Shown in pieces: positions 27,015-40,258 of a stretch of DNA of 64,000 nt. The position numbers and the translations under genes are program-made. The stretch is from Vicugna vicugna. Its lineage: Eukaryota. Within the stretch, counting starts at the first letter, position 1, and the number at the start of each line of letters is the position of its first letter. The stretch is from assembly GCA_013265495.1 (NCBI GenBank), contig MU058791.1, positions 124,001-188,000 on the forward strand, in the 5' to 3' direction. Below the pieces are notes generated by a model. The model did no database searches and had not been told where the DNA came from. It worked only from the letters and a program-made list of their open reading frames with translations.

Positions 27015-27260
27015 GTAGTACTACTACTACTAATAGTAATTGTAGGTGACTTAAATGAGTACCAAGTACCAGATGTTATTCTAAGTGCCTTACATGTATT
27101 AACTCATTTTACTCTCATGATAACCTGGTGAAGGACGTGTTTACTATTATCCCCACTTGGCAGATGGGAAAGCTGAGGCAACAGGGAGATTAAATGACCT
27201 GTCGAACACAAGCTAGTTATTACGTGGAGCTGATACTAGAATCCAGGCAGAACAGCTTGT
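27015..27260 (-). mobile_element. MIR
   Basis: ctaagtgccttacatgtattaactcattt...ctattatccccacttggcagatgggaaagctgaggca. Confidence 0.8.
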
Positions 27261-28654
27261 GATTATCCTTGTGGGTTGAGCCACTCTGTGGATTATGTAA
27301 CAGCAAATGTTGATTCTAATTTGACTCAACTTTAGTATTTGAAAAGCTAATTTTAATATGAATGTAAAGAAAACATAATGATGGAGTAACCTGTTACCTA
27401 AATATGTAACCTTTCAAAGCTTTTGGGTGCTTAGCACCATTTTGTCTCTTGGACTTTCTAGAAGTGGTGTGAAGTTCAGGATGCCTGTTTCATCCTGGGC
27501 CAAAATCCAGTGCCCTTGACCTGAGTCTAAACAGAGGTCACTGCTGGTCCAGGCAGTGTGGATTTTGGGTCTGGGCTTTTCACTTGTTTGTAATGAAACC
27601 CAGCGTCAGTCAAGGGCACCAACAGTTGTGACTGGAATTCCTTTCCAGGGCCCTCTGCAGGTCCAGTCATTTTGTTTGTCACACTTTTACCATATGCCTT
27701 TAAGATCCTAAGGCAGGAAAGTCCTGCCAGGAGCCAGACTGTCAGCCTACAGTGTTAAAATGCTTTCAAAATAAAGCGCTGTGAAGGCCCAAGGAACACT
27801 CACTTTGCCAAACTTTGTAATCTGATCTCCAGCTGCCTGATCCAGGTGCCTTCCCGTGCAGAGCACTGCTGAAGGCCAAAAGGTCGAGCCGTTTCATCCT
27901 TGTGGTCAGCAGCACCTTGCTGGGGGGCGGGCGCAGAATGAGAGTGGAGGCGGGCCCAGGACGGTGAGAAAAGAGCTTGAGGACACAAAGGACAGCGGAG
28001 GGGGAGGACCCACCATGAGGTCTGGGCCTGGTTGTCTGATGCGCCTCTGGGTCGGGCCTCGGGAAGAACCTCGCAACTTGCGACCTTCAGTGTGGCTCCC
28101 TCTGGAAGGGCTCCCAGAGCCTGACCATCCCTCAGAATAAGGTGGGAAGACTTAATTACTACGTATTAACCAACGACATGTTTTCAGAGGCTTAGCACAC
28201 CCCATAAACGCGAGACCAAATGTATGTTGTGTGACAGCAGTTAGGAGTGGTCAACAGTTCTGTGGCGCATTTGCTGAAGCTGTTCAGACCATCTCCACCG
28301 TAGGTATCTTTGAATGTCTTCTGAACCAAGAAAACAAAAATAGGCCATTTGGAAAAGCATGCAGATGGGCAGAAAGCTTGGATGGGGTGTCCAGGAAGTA
28401 CCCTAGACTCATGGAAGTCGCTGTTATATTTTCTTCCCCATAAAAGGCACCTGAATAGAGGAGGCCTTCTTGGTTGGCACTGCCCGGAATGTCTCCCAGT
28501 ACACCCCATTTCCCCCAGAGGACGGGCAATGGCACATCCTGGAGAATGTATTTTCATCTCTGCAGGGTAGGAATACATGCTTTTCCTGCAGACTGACCTT
28601 TTTGTGTTGAAGTAATTGCTGTTTGCAGGGGGAGAGGGGCTGCTGGGCCGTGGA

Positions 28655-28830
28655 GGACTTGGGCCTGGGTTCAAGGGCAGGCTCGGCCACTGATGGAGTG
28701 TGTGGCCTGTGGGCTGCTTGGACATTTGTCCATGTGACCTTTCCTGGTCTTAGCTTCCTCCTCTGCAAAATCGGGGGATGGGGGGCAGGGGAGATGGGGT
28801 GATTTTCAAATGCGCTTACTATTCTAAGGT
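28655..28830 (+). mobile_element. MIR fragment
   Basis: cctgggttcaag...gccactga...cttagcttcctcctctgcaaaatcgggg. Confidence 0.6.
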
Positions 28831-29449
28831 TTTTTTGGCTCGTCTGTGGCAGGAAGGCCCTCACTGTCCCTCTTCAGGAGCTTTTGGGTGTATTCGTATT
28901 TGGAGGGACATTTTTATGCCCAGGCTAGTAGCAAAGTGACACGGCGCAGAATCAGAAGTCTTATGGCACAGCGCTGCCTCTTTTTCATTAAATGAGTGCC
29001 GGCTGGGTGCTGCTTTAGGAAGAATATAAATAGAAATTTCTGTGGGTCCAGCACTGCCTTTCCCCACTAGTATCCTCCTTACCCTCCTTGTTCTGAAATT
29101 GCTAAGTAGATACACCTGTTGAGGACACATGATCGATTTATCTACAAGCCTGGGGAGAAAGCCGACTCCAATGTTCTTTTTGGGGGGATGTATGTAGGGT
29201 GAGAGGGGGAGGTTGCAGGTCTGTCTGGGCTGGTTTGTGTATTTGACTGGCTGATTTACGGGTATTTATTCTGGGATTACTCAAAATCGTAGAGTCTGTG
29301 GGAAGCATTAGAAGGAATATTACCAAGAGGAAAATAGGGGTGGGAGGCCCCCGGAGAGCTCCCCGAGGGTATCCCAGCTGCAGTATTTGTTCGAAGTTTG
29401 CATTTCTCAGTCCTTTCTTTGAGGCATGATATAAATTCAGCCTCTCGTA

Positions 29450-30245
29450 CATTTAAAAATATCTACTGAACACCTGCTATGTTCTAGGCACCGGGGGGGA
29501 GAGCAGTGAACAGACAGACACAAATGCCGGCTTTCCTGGAGCTCACAGTCTGAAGAGGAAGCCAGAAAATAAAAAAATATGAATCGGGAAAATGTCGAGT
29601 GTGTTATATAGTATTCCCATTAGGGAGAGAAATAAAGCCGGGAAAGGGAATTTTCTGGAGTGAGGGGGGAGTGTGTGTGGCAGTTTGAAGCAGGGTAACC
29701 AGAGCTGCTGTCTGAATACAGATCTGAAGGAGCCGTGGAGATGGCTAGAGGTAGAGTGTTTCAGTCACGGGGAGCAGTGAGGGCTGAGGGAGCAGGCCCG
29801 GTGTTTTTAAGGCCCCGCTGCTTCAAGGAGGCAGGTGTGGCTGAGAATGAGTGACCAGGGAGGAGATGGGGAGCTGAGGGGAGACAGATGGGGGAGGGGG
29901 CGTGGAGGTCAGAGTTCACCAAGTTGTAGGTCATAGTCAAGACATTGCTTTTACTTTCAGAGAAAAGGGGAACACTGGAGAGTTCTGAGCAGAGGCCTCC
30001 CTTGACCTGACTCGGGTCTTTCCGTTATGGCTGTGGTTGCTCTGTTGAGAATGGACGGGCGGGTTCAAGGGCAGAAGCCGGGAGGACAGCTCAGAGGCGG
30101 TGGAAACAACCCGGGGCAGAGAGATAGGTGGTGTCGGTCTGGGAGGCAGCTGTGGAGGTGATGAGATGTGGTTGGATTCTGGACCCATGAGAACGGGAGA
30201 GCCGATAGGAATTGCTGGTGGATTGTGTGGGATGTGAGATTCGCC
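29450..30245 (-). mobile_element. L2 (L2a-like) 3' region
   Basis: tactgaacacctgctatgttctaggcac...ctggagctcacagtct...gagttctgagcagagg...ctgtgg..gatgtggttggattctgga. Confidence 0.8.
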
Positions 30246-31744
30246 AGGGTTGGAAGGCTGTGGCCATTTGTTGGTCAGTTTTTCCAGAGATTTTCTAAGC
30301 AAGTGCTCTGTGTGCACAGCAGGGCCGTCCATGTTCTGGGAAGCTCTTGGAAGCAGTTTGGATGATGAGCACACGTCTTTTGGGCTTCTGGGTTCCCCTT
30401 GTGAGGGGCCCTTGGATTTAAGGCTACTTTCTTTCTACGAGCTTGCGTCTGGAATGATGGGCTCTGGAGGTAGCTCCTCTCCGGTCACTGTGAGAAAGTT
30501 GTGATAGGCTGGCCGTCCGAGCAGTGGGAAGAGCTGCTTAGCCTTCTGTGAAAACACTGGGTTTTGCCTAGAATCAGCCATTGAAAGAGCTAGATCGTGT
30601 TGACAGGTGGACCTGTAACCTCTGACTCTCTCACTTGATTTGGGAATTTAAAGTCCAGACGTTCTGTGAAAAATAATAAATGAGAACTGACTGCTTTTGC
30701 TGCTCCTTTCTTTGACAGGGCGTTTTGTGTTTGGAGAGGAAAAGCCGAACGTTTTTCTCAGGTGCAAAAAAGACAACAAGCTCTCATGGCCTTTTTGATT
30801 AGTCAGGTGGGATCTGGGAAATGGCACTGTTTAGAGCTTGTTGCCAGAGGTGCTCACGAAAACTGTGTCTCGAGTAGAAATTTCTGGTTCAAACTTGGCA
30901 GCTGAGTGGACAGTAATTAGATTTGGCAGGTGGATATTCGTGTCCTCTCAGGGGAGGATTTTAGGGGTTAACTTGTTGAGTTTTTCTTTGGCTGGGTCTC
31001 CATAAATCCCTTTAATCTTTCCTTTCCCCAAATAAATCTCCTTAAATCCCCTTCAATCTCTCCTCCTTCTCTCCCCCTGGGAGGGCTTAGGCATTGGTCC
31101 AGCAGGACATTGCCACATTGTTGGTCAACTTGCACTCACAGGGTTGGACGCCAGGACCTCATGCCACCTCCAGTCCTCACCAGATTTTGCAGGAACTATC
31201 AGGGACATTTCTTTGATTGAAGAAGGAACTGCTCATGGGTAGCCGGCGCGAAGCCTGGAGGAGCCCTAGTTAGCTGATGCAAGTTTCTTTTCTGATGCAA
31301 CATGGTCAACCTAATGCATGTGTAGCAAGAACAGGGGGACCTGTGGACTCTGGGACAGATGCCAACACGATTTTTCTCAGTTCATGTTGGGTACATCCCT
31401 CTGACTGCCTGTGTTGCAGGAGCTCACTTTTTCCTGGGGCTAGTTTTCTGTTAGATCCCACCTGATTTTAAGAAATGCTTCTTATGCGGTGTGTGGATTG
31501 TTTAGGTTCAAATCAGACCAAAGGTGACCTCCAAATGGATGCCCCAGGCCAAGTTCATTTTGTGGCAGACCAAGTTCATTCCCCGTCGCCAGCGATCAGC
31601 TATCTGTCTTGTGCCGGTTTTCCTAGTATTTCAGAAATGGAGGGGTGCTGTCTCTTGGTTGACACCAAATCTTGAGGATGTGCATTTAAGACGGAGTATT
31701 GGCTGATGAGGGCCAGGTAGGGGAGGCAATGAACCGTAATAGAA

Positions 31745-31912
31745 AGGTAGTTCCAGCACCACCCTGCATAGCTGTAGCCCTCTGGACGGGTTCCTTCATC
31801 TTTGGGAATTAAAATGGAGATGGAAATTGCTGCGTTGTGGGATTCTTGTAAGGATTCAGTGACATCTGTGGGGCACCAGGCACATAACTGAGATCGAGTA
31901 AACGGTAACTCA
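31745..31912 (+). mobile_element. MIR fragment
   Basis: aaaatggagatg...gtaaggattcagtga...caggcacataa. Confidence 0.5.
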
Positions 31913-32177
31913 TCGAGTTCTGGTTGCCTTCAGCAGCCGTGGTGGAGGATGACCACTCGTGGATATTCAGGGCTGGTGCCACGAGGAAGAACGTGTCAGC
32001 ATCTGTTGGAAATTGATTTTGGAAGCTTTTGTTGCGAACACACAGAATGGCGCTTAGTTAACATCCCCCTTGAGTTGCTTTAAGAAACCAACACCTATTA
32101 AAACAGCTAAAATAAAAATGGGTGACAATACCAAGAAAGAAATAAAAGAAACCATCATCAAGTCCTCAGTCAACTGA

Positions 32178-32415
32178 ACACAGCATAGTTGTGAGCTGCT
32201 AAGAATGGAGGCTCTGAGGTCACCAGAACCTGGGCTGAAATCCTGCATCCACTGCTTCCTAGCTTTGTGGTTTTGGGCACATTGTTTTGCCATTCTCAGC
32301 TTTCTGCCCTCCTCTGTAGAACAGGATAAGACTGGTCCCTGATCTAAGGGTTGCAGTGACAATTAGATGAGGATGCGTGGAAATGACTTAGCACAGTGCA
32401 GTAAATGTTAGTTCT
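32178..32415 (+). mobile_element. MIR
   Basis: ggctctgagg...cctgggctgaaatcctg..ccact..ctagct...ctcagctttc..ctctgtag...cttagcacagtg. Confidence 0.7.
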
Positions 32416-32854
32416 GTCTCCTTAGTCCCTGGGTGCTGGAGCCCTGCTCCTCGAGGCCACTTGCACAGGTCTGGAGGTTCCATTGTACCAGTCAGCATTT
32501 GCTTCCCACGGGAGGTTGATGGGTTTACCTGGCACTGGCATTAACCAAGAGTCTCATCCTGAAGCGTCCTCGGGCCAGCTCGTGTGTTGGAGTGACCTAG
32601 TTTGCTACATACACAGACTCATCCCTTCCCCTGGTTAGCTCATCAGCTTTGTCTCTCTGCACCTCTCCCTGCACCCTGAGCTGGGTTTTTTTTTCCCCTC
32701 AATCTATCTCTACATCAGCTTGTGCAAGAGCCTCTTCTAACTGCAGTTTCTGTCTCCAGCAGTGCTTAGATCTTGGTGCAGCTGTGGCCCTTCTTCAGCT
32801 TAAACGTGCTGCTCCCTTCTGGGAATGGCTTCAGCCGTTTCTGCTTCATTTCTT

Positions 32855-32920
32855 CTTTGTTTAAAAAATTGAAGTATTGTCAGTTGCAGTGTGTCAGTTT
32901 CTGGTATACAGCATGTTTCA
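32855..32920 (-). mobile_element. Minimal L1 3' tail
   Basis: aattgaagtattgtcagttgcagtgtgtcagtttctggtatacagcat. Confidence 0.7.
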
Positions 32921-34499
32921 TGTTTCTTATTGAAACTAATGTTCAGTTTTGAGAACTGAAGTAATTTCTTGATTTCAGTGTTACAAAGCATCAAGGAGTT
33001 TTGGAAGTTTAAAATCTCTAGGTCCTGAGTACATTTCAGTGTTAGGCTACTTCACAAATGGCAACATGTCTGCATAGACCACAGGAACATGCTGGGTCAT
33101 AGTTTATTCAAAAATATCCTTTTCACGGATTGCTGGATGGGGGGATGGGAGATGACCTCAGACGTTTACTTCCCAGGTCACAGGAAGTCGGTATAACAGG
33201 TGGGGAGCTCATATCTGAATGGGGTGAGGTCCCTCATTTTGATCTCCCTTTCAGCCTTTTTGACGGCCAAACCAGATCTAGGGTCACAGTCTATTGGTGC
33301 CTCTGTAACGTGGTGAGCAGGGGAAGAAAAGCCTTCAAACTGGATGGAGTCAACATTTCTACCTGTCAAGAAGCCCCGCCTCTGACTTTTATGACCACGG
33401 CTTACATCACTGAAATGCTTTCACACCTAATTGGATTTGGGGCTATAAATGGAATCCTAAAGTTACATTCAGTAAAACCTCAGACAGTCCCTAGTTTTCA
33501 GGTGACACTCCTTCCTGCCCCTGCACACGACTCCATTCCTCTATCCCCTTCCACCAAAACCCGCAGTGTTTTGGGAAAAAACAAAAAACTGAAGAAAACT
33601 CCCCCAAACCTTTGCAGCTTTGAAAGCTTGTGGGTAGAAGAGAAGCCGTCCTCAGCGGAGAGGTCTGGTGGGGCGATGGGGTCGGCAGACGCTCGAGGGC
33701 CGTGCTCCCTGCCCCCAGGGGTCTTCCTATCTTTGGGGCTGACCCTCCTTTAACCTGGATAAAAATGGCTGCTTGAAATTTGCCTTAAAACACTAGAAGA
33801 CAGAAATGCCTTGAAATAGGTTGAGAGACCAGCCATCTGTGATGTAAGTGATTTTAAAGAAAGTGCTTTGTCTCCCATGCGAAACTGATAAGAATTAGCA
33901 TTTGGATGGAAGAAAGGAGGAAAGTAGGTAATTGTGGTTTGGGAACTTGGGGGCAAGCGGGGAGGCTCCAAATGAGTTGGAAACTGGGAAGTTGAAGGCC
34001 AGGTGAAAAGAAGGATTCCAGATGGAGTGACCTCAGCCATTAAACTGGGTCCTATACTGGCCTCAGTCCCCAAAGGAAGGACCCTGTGGTGCTGTGATCT
34101 CTCCCCTGTCCCTGTGATCTCTCCCCTGCCCCCTCCTCCCCCAGCTCAGCCCTGGTTCCCAGGACCAGGCCAGGACTGCTCACCCTGTAATTCAGCCTTC
34201 ACAGGTGCTCGTCTTCTCTCTGCCTGAGTAGAGTCCTTCCTACCATGAAGCCGTAGACGTTACGCTTTTACTAACCACCACAACACAAAGCTTAAGATGA
34301 ACTTCCGGGCAGACCATGTATGAAGGCTGGCATGGCCTGTGTCAGGTACAGGAGCCACGCTGCTGGGGTTCTTTGCACCTGTGTCAGCGGGGCCCGTGTA
34401 CACAGACTTTGTGGTCCCAGTCGTGATAATACGCTGATACTGGCTTTTTAGGGCCTTTTGACAACTGTGAAATAACAAGGCCTTGGATTTGGGTGTGTG

Positions 34500-35090
34500 T
34501 TTTTTAATTGTAAAAAAAAAAGGCATGACATAAAATTTGCTGTCTTAACCATTTTTGAGTCTACTGTTCATTGGCACTGAGGACATTCACCTGGTTGTGT
34601 GCAACCATCACCACCAGCTCCAGAACTTTTTCATCTTCCCAGATTGAAACTTTGTACTCATTAAACACTCACTCCCCATTTCCCCTCCTCCCAACCCCTG
34701 GCAGCCTCCGTTCTCCTTTTTGGTTTATGAATTTGACAACTCTAGGTATCTTACATAAGTGGAATCATACAATTCTTGTCAGTTTGTATCTAGCTGATTT
34801 TATTTAGCATAGTATTCCCAAGGTTTACACACCGAGTGGCATATAACAGAATTGCCTTCCTTTTTAAGGCAGAATGATAGTCCATTGTGTGGCTAGACCA
34901 CATATTATCTGTTCATCTGTTGATGGACATTTGGGTGGCTTCCACCTTTTGGATTTTGTGAATAATGCCACTGTGAACAAGGATGGACACATACCTCTTC
35001 AAGCCCCTGCTTTCCAGTTTTCGGGGACAGACCCAGGAATGGAATTTGCTGCATCATGTGGTAATTCCACGCTTCATGTTTGGAGGTGCT
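34500..35090 (-). mobile_element. L1MB-type 3' end
   Basis: cataaaattt..cttaaccattttt...gtgcaaccatcaccac...aagtggaatcatac...gttgatggacatttgggt...gtggtaattc. Confidence 0.85.
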
Positions 35091-35129
35091 CGCACGCTCT
35101 CAGTGCTCCACAGCTGTGTGGTGTTTTGC

Positions 35130-35320
35130 AGTCTGCAGGATGCTTTTATGTCTAGGATTCCTTCTGAGCCTTAGGACAACCCCGTGAGTGGGTGGCAATC
35201 ATTGCCCTCATTTTATGAGAAAATGGAGGTTCAGAAATTTGAAATCACTTGGTGAAAAGGTTGCTAAGTGGCAGGTGGAGATTTGAGAGCCTTCTGACTC
35301 TGAATTCACTGCAATTTCTC
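35130..35320 (-). mobile_element. MIR fragment
   Basis: acaaccccgtgag...ctcattttatgagaaaatggaggttcag...gctaagtggcag. Confidence 0.6.
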
Positions 35321-35439
35321 CCCTGTCATGCGGCTTATAAGATGGTTATTGGAGGCGGTGGGAACAGAGGACATTGATGGGTAAAAAAATGCCTCCCCCT
35401 TCTGTGAGTGTACTGTGGTGTGGTTAGGAGATCACGGGA

Positions 35440-35605
35440 GCCGGTGTGCCCTGGTAAACCCGCTCCGATTTCTACCACTTGCTGATTTCCATGATGTAAA
35501 TACTCCCGCTTGGTACCACTCCAGGCCACCTCTGGTTTAACAACCGACTGCAGAATTCTTGATGTAGGCTCTTCTGAGCACACGTGAGTTGGCGCCGGCT
35601 CCCCT
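35440..35605 (-). mobile_element. MER63-type hAT-Blackjack DNA transposon, inside a MIR (~35412-35815, +)
   Basis: ttgctgatttccatgatgtaaatactccc...tttaacaaccgact..aattcttga...ggcgccggc matches recalled MER63A. The flanks continue a MIR (tcctggctctgtca...ggggataat). Confidence 0.65.
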
Positions 35606-36149
35606 CTGCAGGAAGTAGAGGGCTGGAGAGCTGAGGTCAGTCCTGGCTCTGTCATTTCAGGATTGTGGAGCCTTGGCCTTACCCTCTGTTTGTCCAAAGT
35701 GCCTTGTTTGTTAACTGGGGATAATGACACCTGCTTACATTACAGACCTGTCGGAAGTCCTGGATGAGATAAGACGTATGCAGGGAGGCCTTATACAAAT
35801 AGAAGGTGTTGTTACGTTCTGAAGATTACAGCTCCAAAATATTCCTTTCCCATACATGTTGGTATCAGGCATACTCTTTGGAACCCAGCTATCATCTTTC
35901 GGGCAGGGTTCCCAGGAAGTTGAGCTGTAGTCAGCCTTGGCTCTGAAAGGATCAGCTCAAATCCCAAACTTCATCTGGGCCTCTATATTTTATCTGGGCC
36001 TGTTCAGGTGCATGTTGTTTTTGCCCTCAGTGTTTTAAGTGATGGGTACCTTCAGAAGCACCTGTAAGAATTTATAAAAGCAACATATTATCCTAGTAGA
36101 GAATCTGAAAAATACAGAGGAGTGTAAGGAATATGATATGAATCAAGTA

Positions 36150-36619
36150 GTTTACTCAGCCGTAAAAAAAGAATGTGATAATGCCATTTGCCGCAACGTG
36201 GATGCACCCAGAGATGATCCTGTTGAGTGAAGTCAGGCCAAGACAAATATCATATGATATCACCTATGTGTGGAACCGAAAAAAAAAAAGATACAACTTT
36301 TATTTACAAACTAAAGACAGACTTACAGACATAGAAAACGAACTATGGTTACCAGAGGGGAAGGAGTCAGGGAGGGATAAATTAGGAGTTTGGGATTAAC
36401 AGATATACATGATTATATAGAAAGTAGATGAACAACAGGCACCTACTGTAGAGCGCAGGGAACTATATTCAGCTTCTTGCAATGACAGATAATGGAAAAG
36501 AATCTGAAAGAAAAATAGCTATGTGTGTATATGTATATCTGAATCGCTTTGCTGTGCACCTGAAACTAACGGTGTAAATTGAGTACACTTCAATAAAAAA
36601 TAAAATGAAAAAAAAAAAA
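36150..36619 (+). mobile_element. Young L1 3' end
   Basis: ORF 36175-36399 IMPFAATWMHPEMILLSEV (ORF2 C-terminus), then 3'UTR, AATAAA and polyA at 36592-36619. Confidence 0.92.
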
Positions 36620-37171
36620 GAATCAACCGGCTGGCTGGCTGGATCCTGGGACATCAGTCCCTCTAGGGGACAGAGAGGTCTCAGGGGAGACAGGAGACGT
36701 CAGCCACTGGGGTGGGTCTAAGGGGGTGGGGTGGGGTGTGGTTCTTCATCCGTGGTGTGAAGCTGTTTCAGTATTTTACCAGCTGGTCTGATTGAACCCC
36801 TGCACACAGGTTGAGCACTGGCTCTGGAAATAGGGGTGGTGGCGTCTGCTGAGTGCAGCAGGTGTCCCGAGCTCTTCAGGGTGCGGGTACTTTGTGTTAG
36901 TTTGGTGCTGGTGGTGATGCTGTCATTGGGATTACTGTCATGATTAGCTTCTCTACCCTTGTCACCACCTGTAAACACCTACAGAGTCCGCAGTGGGACA
37001 GAGCCAGGTGCCAACAGGACACCCGGCTCAGCGGACTTCCGGTGGGCTCATTATCCTTGTGGGAAGAAGGAGGTAAAAAAATACCCATATCCAAGTGTGG
37101 GTGACTCCCCGGCTTGGGTCGGACACAGGAACCTAGATTCTCAGTCACTTCATGGGGTAAAATAAATACAG

Positions 37172-37495
37172 TTGGCTCTGGACTGAATGCTTGTGTCACC
37201 CCAAATTCCTGTATTGAAATCTAACCCCTGTGTGATGGTACTTGGAGGTGGACGTTAGCGTAATGTCCTCAAGGTTTATCCACAGGGTAGCCTGTGTCAG
37301 CATGGCCTTTTTTGGGCCTGTGGGAGGTGATTAGGTCACGAGGGTGGAGCCCTTTAAAACGAGCTTAGTGCCCTTATAAACGAGACCCCAGAGGGCTCCC
37401 TTCCCCCGTATGAGGACACGGTTGCCTGTGAACTAGGACGTGGACTCTTGACAGACATCAGATCTGACCGTGCCTTCATCTTGGACTTCCAGGCC
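37172..37495 (+). mobile_element. MLT1A-type MaLR LTR (3' truncated), interrupted by a short L1 fragment
   Basis: tggactgaatgcttgtgtcaccccaaattc..ttgaaatctaaccc...gggaggtgattaggtcacgagggtggagccct...tagtgcccttataaa...atcttggacttccag. Confidence 0.85.
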
Positions 37496-38059
37496 CTGCC
37501 TGGCAAGTTACTCACCCAGGCAGGGTCCTGATGGGGGCGTGGTGTGGCAGCCTCTGAGTCTTCAGGCTCAGTGTGGCCTCTGCCAATCTCACAGGGCTGT
37601 TCTGGTGGCTGTCCTTCCTTGTAGAAACTCTTGAGTGTGTATTCCCTGATGAGTGTGATCTCATCCCAGGGCTGCAGGAGTGGTCCAGGTAGGGGCAGGG
37701 ACCTCCAGAAAGCTTGGTCAACCCTGAAGGTCCTCAGAGCTGGGTGTCCTTCACAAGCTCTCCAGGAATTTGTCATTGGGGGTCTGCTGTGTGGGCTCTT
37801 AGCATGGCCAGGGGGTTAGACCCTAACCCTGCAGAAAACTATTGGGTTCATTGAATCCTGAGTAAACCAGGCCCCTCTTTACCAGCCCCATCTGCCAGTA
37901 AGCATGAGGGAAACTTGAACTAGTCCTGGTACTGGACATTCAGATGGATTTGTCTAGCCAGAGCCACCTGGAAATGGGCCTTCATTTAGTCCCCTCGGTC
38001 AGGCTCTGGGTAAGACTTTGGAGACTTGTGAGACTGATTCAACAGTTCTTTTCTTTTTA

Positions 38060-38300
38060 AAAAATTTATCGCATGTTGATTGAGAGCCTGCTCTGGGTCA
38101 GGCACTGAGGAAGTGTTGATGAGACAAAATGTGGGTCTCATCCCTAGGGAACTTCCTGAGGAGACAAACATGTAACTATACTTCAGTGTGATGGTGCAGT
38201 ATGGGGGGTATGCAATATGGGAGCTAAAAAGAGGGGTACCTCACTGGAATTGGGGCTTGGGGACAGTGAGCTGGGCTGTTGCCTGAGAGAGTTCCGGAAG
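38060..38300 (-). mobile_element. L2 fragment
   Basis: tgttgattgagagcctgctctgggtcaggcactgag...ctcatccctagggaactt. Confidence 0.6.
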
Positions 38301-38399
38301 TCAGAGGTGGAAAAGACCTAGCATGCTTCAGTATTTAATGAGTTCCTGCTGCATGTCCAAGAGAAAGCTGACTTCTGTAAGCAAGGGAAACACTTACTT

Positions 38400-38688
38400 T
38401 TAATAATAATAATGACTAATAATAGTAATAACAAGCATTTATTGAACACTTACTAAGTGCTAGACACTATGCCAAATACAATATTTTTCATGAATTTTTG
38501 CAATAAATCCTCATAGCAGCCCCACAAAATAGATCTTATTGTTAGCACCATTTTAGAGATAAACACATGGAGGCCCAGAGAGGTTAAGTAACTTGGCCAA
38601 GGTCACACAGAACTATAGGGAAGAATTGGGGTTTGAAGTTAGGTTATCTGTCTGGGGCCAAAGCCAGTGCTCTTAACTGTCGTTATAC
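38400..38688 (-). mobile_element. MIR, near full length
   Basis: aacaagcatttattgaacacttacta...ccattttagagat...gaggcccagagaggttaagtaacttggccaaggtcacacag...gctcttaac. Confidence 0.85.
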
Positions 38689-40258
38689 TGACATTATACC
38701 AACCTTATAGGTTGGTAAATTTTGTCCCGTGGACTCTTAACAGAGAACATTGGACGTGTGCCCATATACCCAGGATGCAAAGCAGCACATGGTGACATAA
38801 CGTGGCCCCAAGGGAAGGGAAGTAATTTTTGTCAGAAGTAATGGGTGGAGACGAATCATAAGAACTGGTAACTGAACTGGTTTTCTAGTCCAGCTTCTCC
38901 AGTGACCCACTTCCCAGATGGCAGCCATGTGTTCATTTAATGAATGGTCGTTAAGCTCTCACTTAATGGCTAAGGCTGTACCGGCTGGAGATTCAGTGGC
39001 AAGTGAGAGGGCTGGTCCCCCCGTGTCCTCCAGGTACGCCAGACCCGTTCCCACCTCTGTGCCCTGCTCCTGTGAGTTCTCCTGTTTCTGTCGCTTACCC
39101 GTCAGTTCTTCAGGGCCTGAAGATCTTAAGATCACTTAAGTCTGCTCTCTTGCATCAACTTTCTCCAGACATAAGCAGCCCACTTTGCGCTACTCTGCTT
39201 CTTCTTTTGCAGGATTTTCTAAGATGCTCTCTTAGGATCACACTGTTGAGGGTCAGCCATTCAAGGTTTTGTTTTCTTTTTTCCTTTGCCAGCTTTTTCT
39301 CCAGCTGGTACAGCTCAGAGCTGCTTGCAGGGGACATTCTCACCCACGTGGTTTCCCTCCCGTGTGTTTCCCACAATGCCTTGCACCCTGAGTAATAGAT
39401 GGAGATTTTGTTTGTTTCCCTTTAAAAAATTCCCGAGCAACGAAGTTGTCCCTGGTCTCTGAGGAAGCTTGCTTTTCTAAATGTTTTCATTACTTGTAAT
39501 CTTTTCTGAATGTTCCGCCCATATTTTCTCCCTCTGGATTTCACCACTTTTCCACGTGTGGATTACTCAGCCGGTGGATTAGCTGTGGTGCATTTTTAAT
39601 CTGTGGGGCTTTGCCTGCTTCCTTCCTTTGGCAGGCTCTTTCTCTTGGCCGCCATCTGGCTGTGCTCAGAGAAAGAAAACTAGTTGTCAGGCTCCAGAAA
39701 AGAGTCTCCCTCAGTAGGATGGCCCAAAGCTAAATGGAGGTGATGTTTGGATGATCACACGCTTCTGTGGGTTGGGTAGCCCCTGCCGGCTGTGTCCTGT
39801 GGAGTTCTGTTAAATACCTCTGTTTCCTGTTACTTTCCTTCTTGGAATGTCCCCCCTCAAACAGGGCTTGTTGCAGTCTTGAGATACTCGTGGATGCAAT
39901 ATGGAGTCGGCTTTTTTCATCTTTTCCTTTGCAGTCAGGCCTTTAATCGTTGTGTGACTTCATCTGCCTGCTAATGTGTCCGGAACCCAAGGATGACCCC
40001 TTGGCTGTAATCATCAACTATAGTATTTTTCTTCCAAAAATATGCTGTCTCTAGAATAGACGGTGGGATGAGAAATTTCAAGGCAGGTGCAATAGTCTTT
40101 CCTGATGTCCCTTCCCTCAGAAGGCAGCACACTCTTTGTCTGGACGTCCCAGACACACTGACTTCCAGGTATAAGTTGTCCTTGCTCTTGGTACTCGGGT
40201 CAGACCTTCTCAGTGAAAAAAAAAAAAAAAGTGAAATTTCTCTTTGGACAACACCTGA

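Noticed and set aside
33130..33753. 207-aa ORF in intron 1
   Set aside because: TTG start, no recognisable homology or splice context; compatible with chance.
38905..39665. CTCF-like motifs (CCCAGATGGCAGC ~38913; CAGCCAGATGGCGG ~39650, minus)
   Set aside because: Mismatches in the 5' core; not distinguishable from background without a PWM scan or ChIP data.
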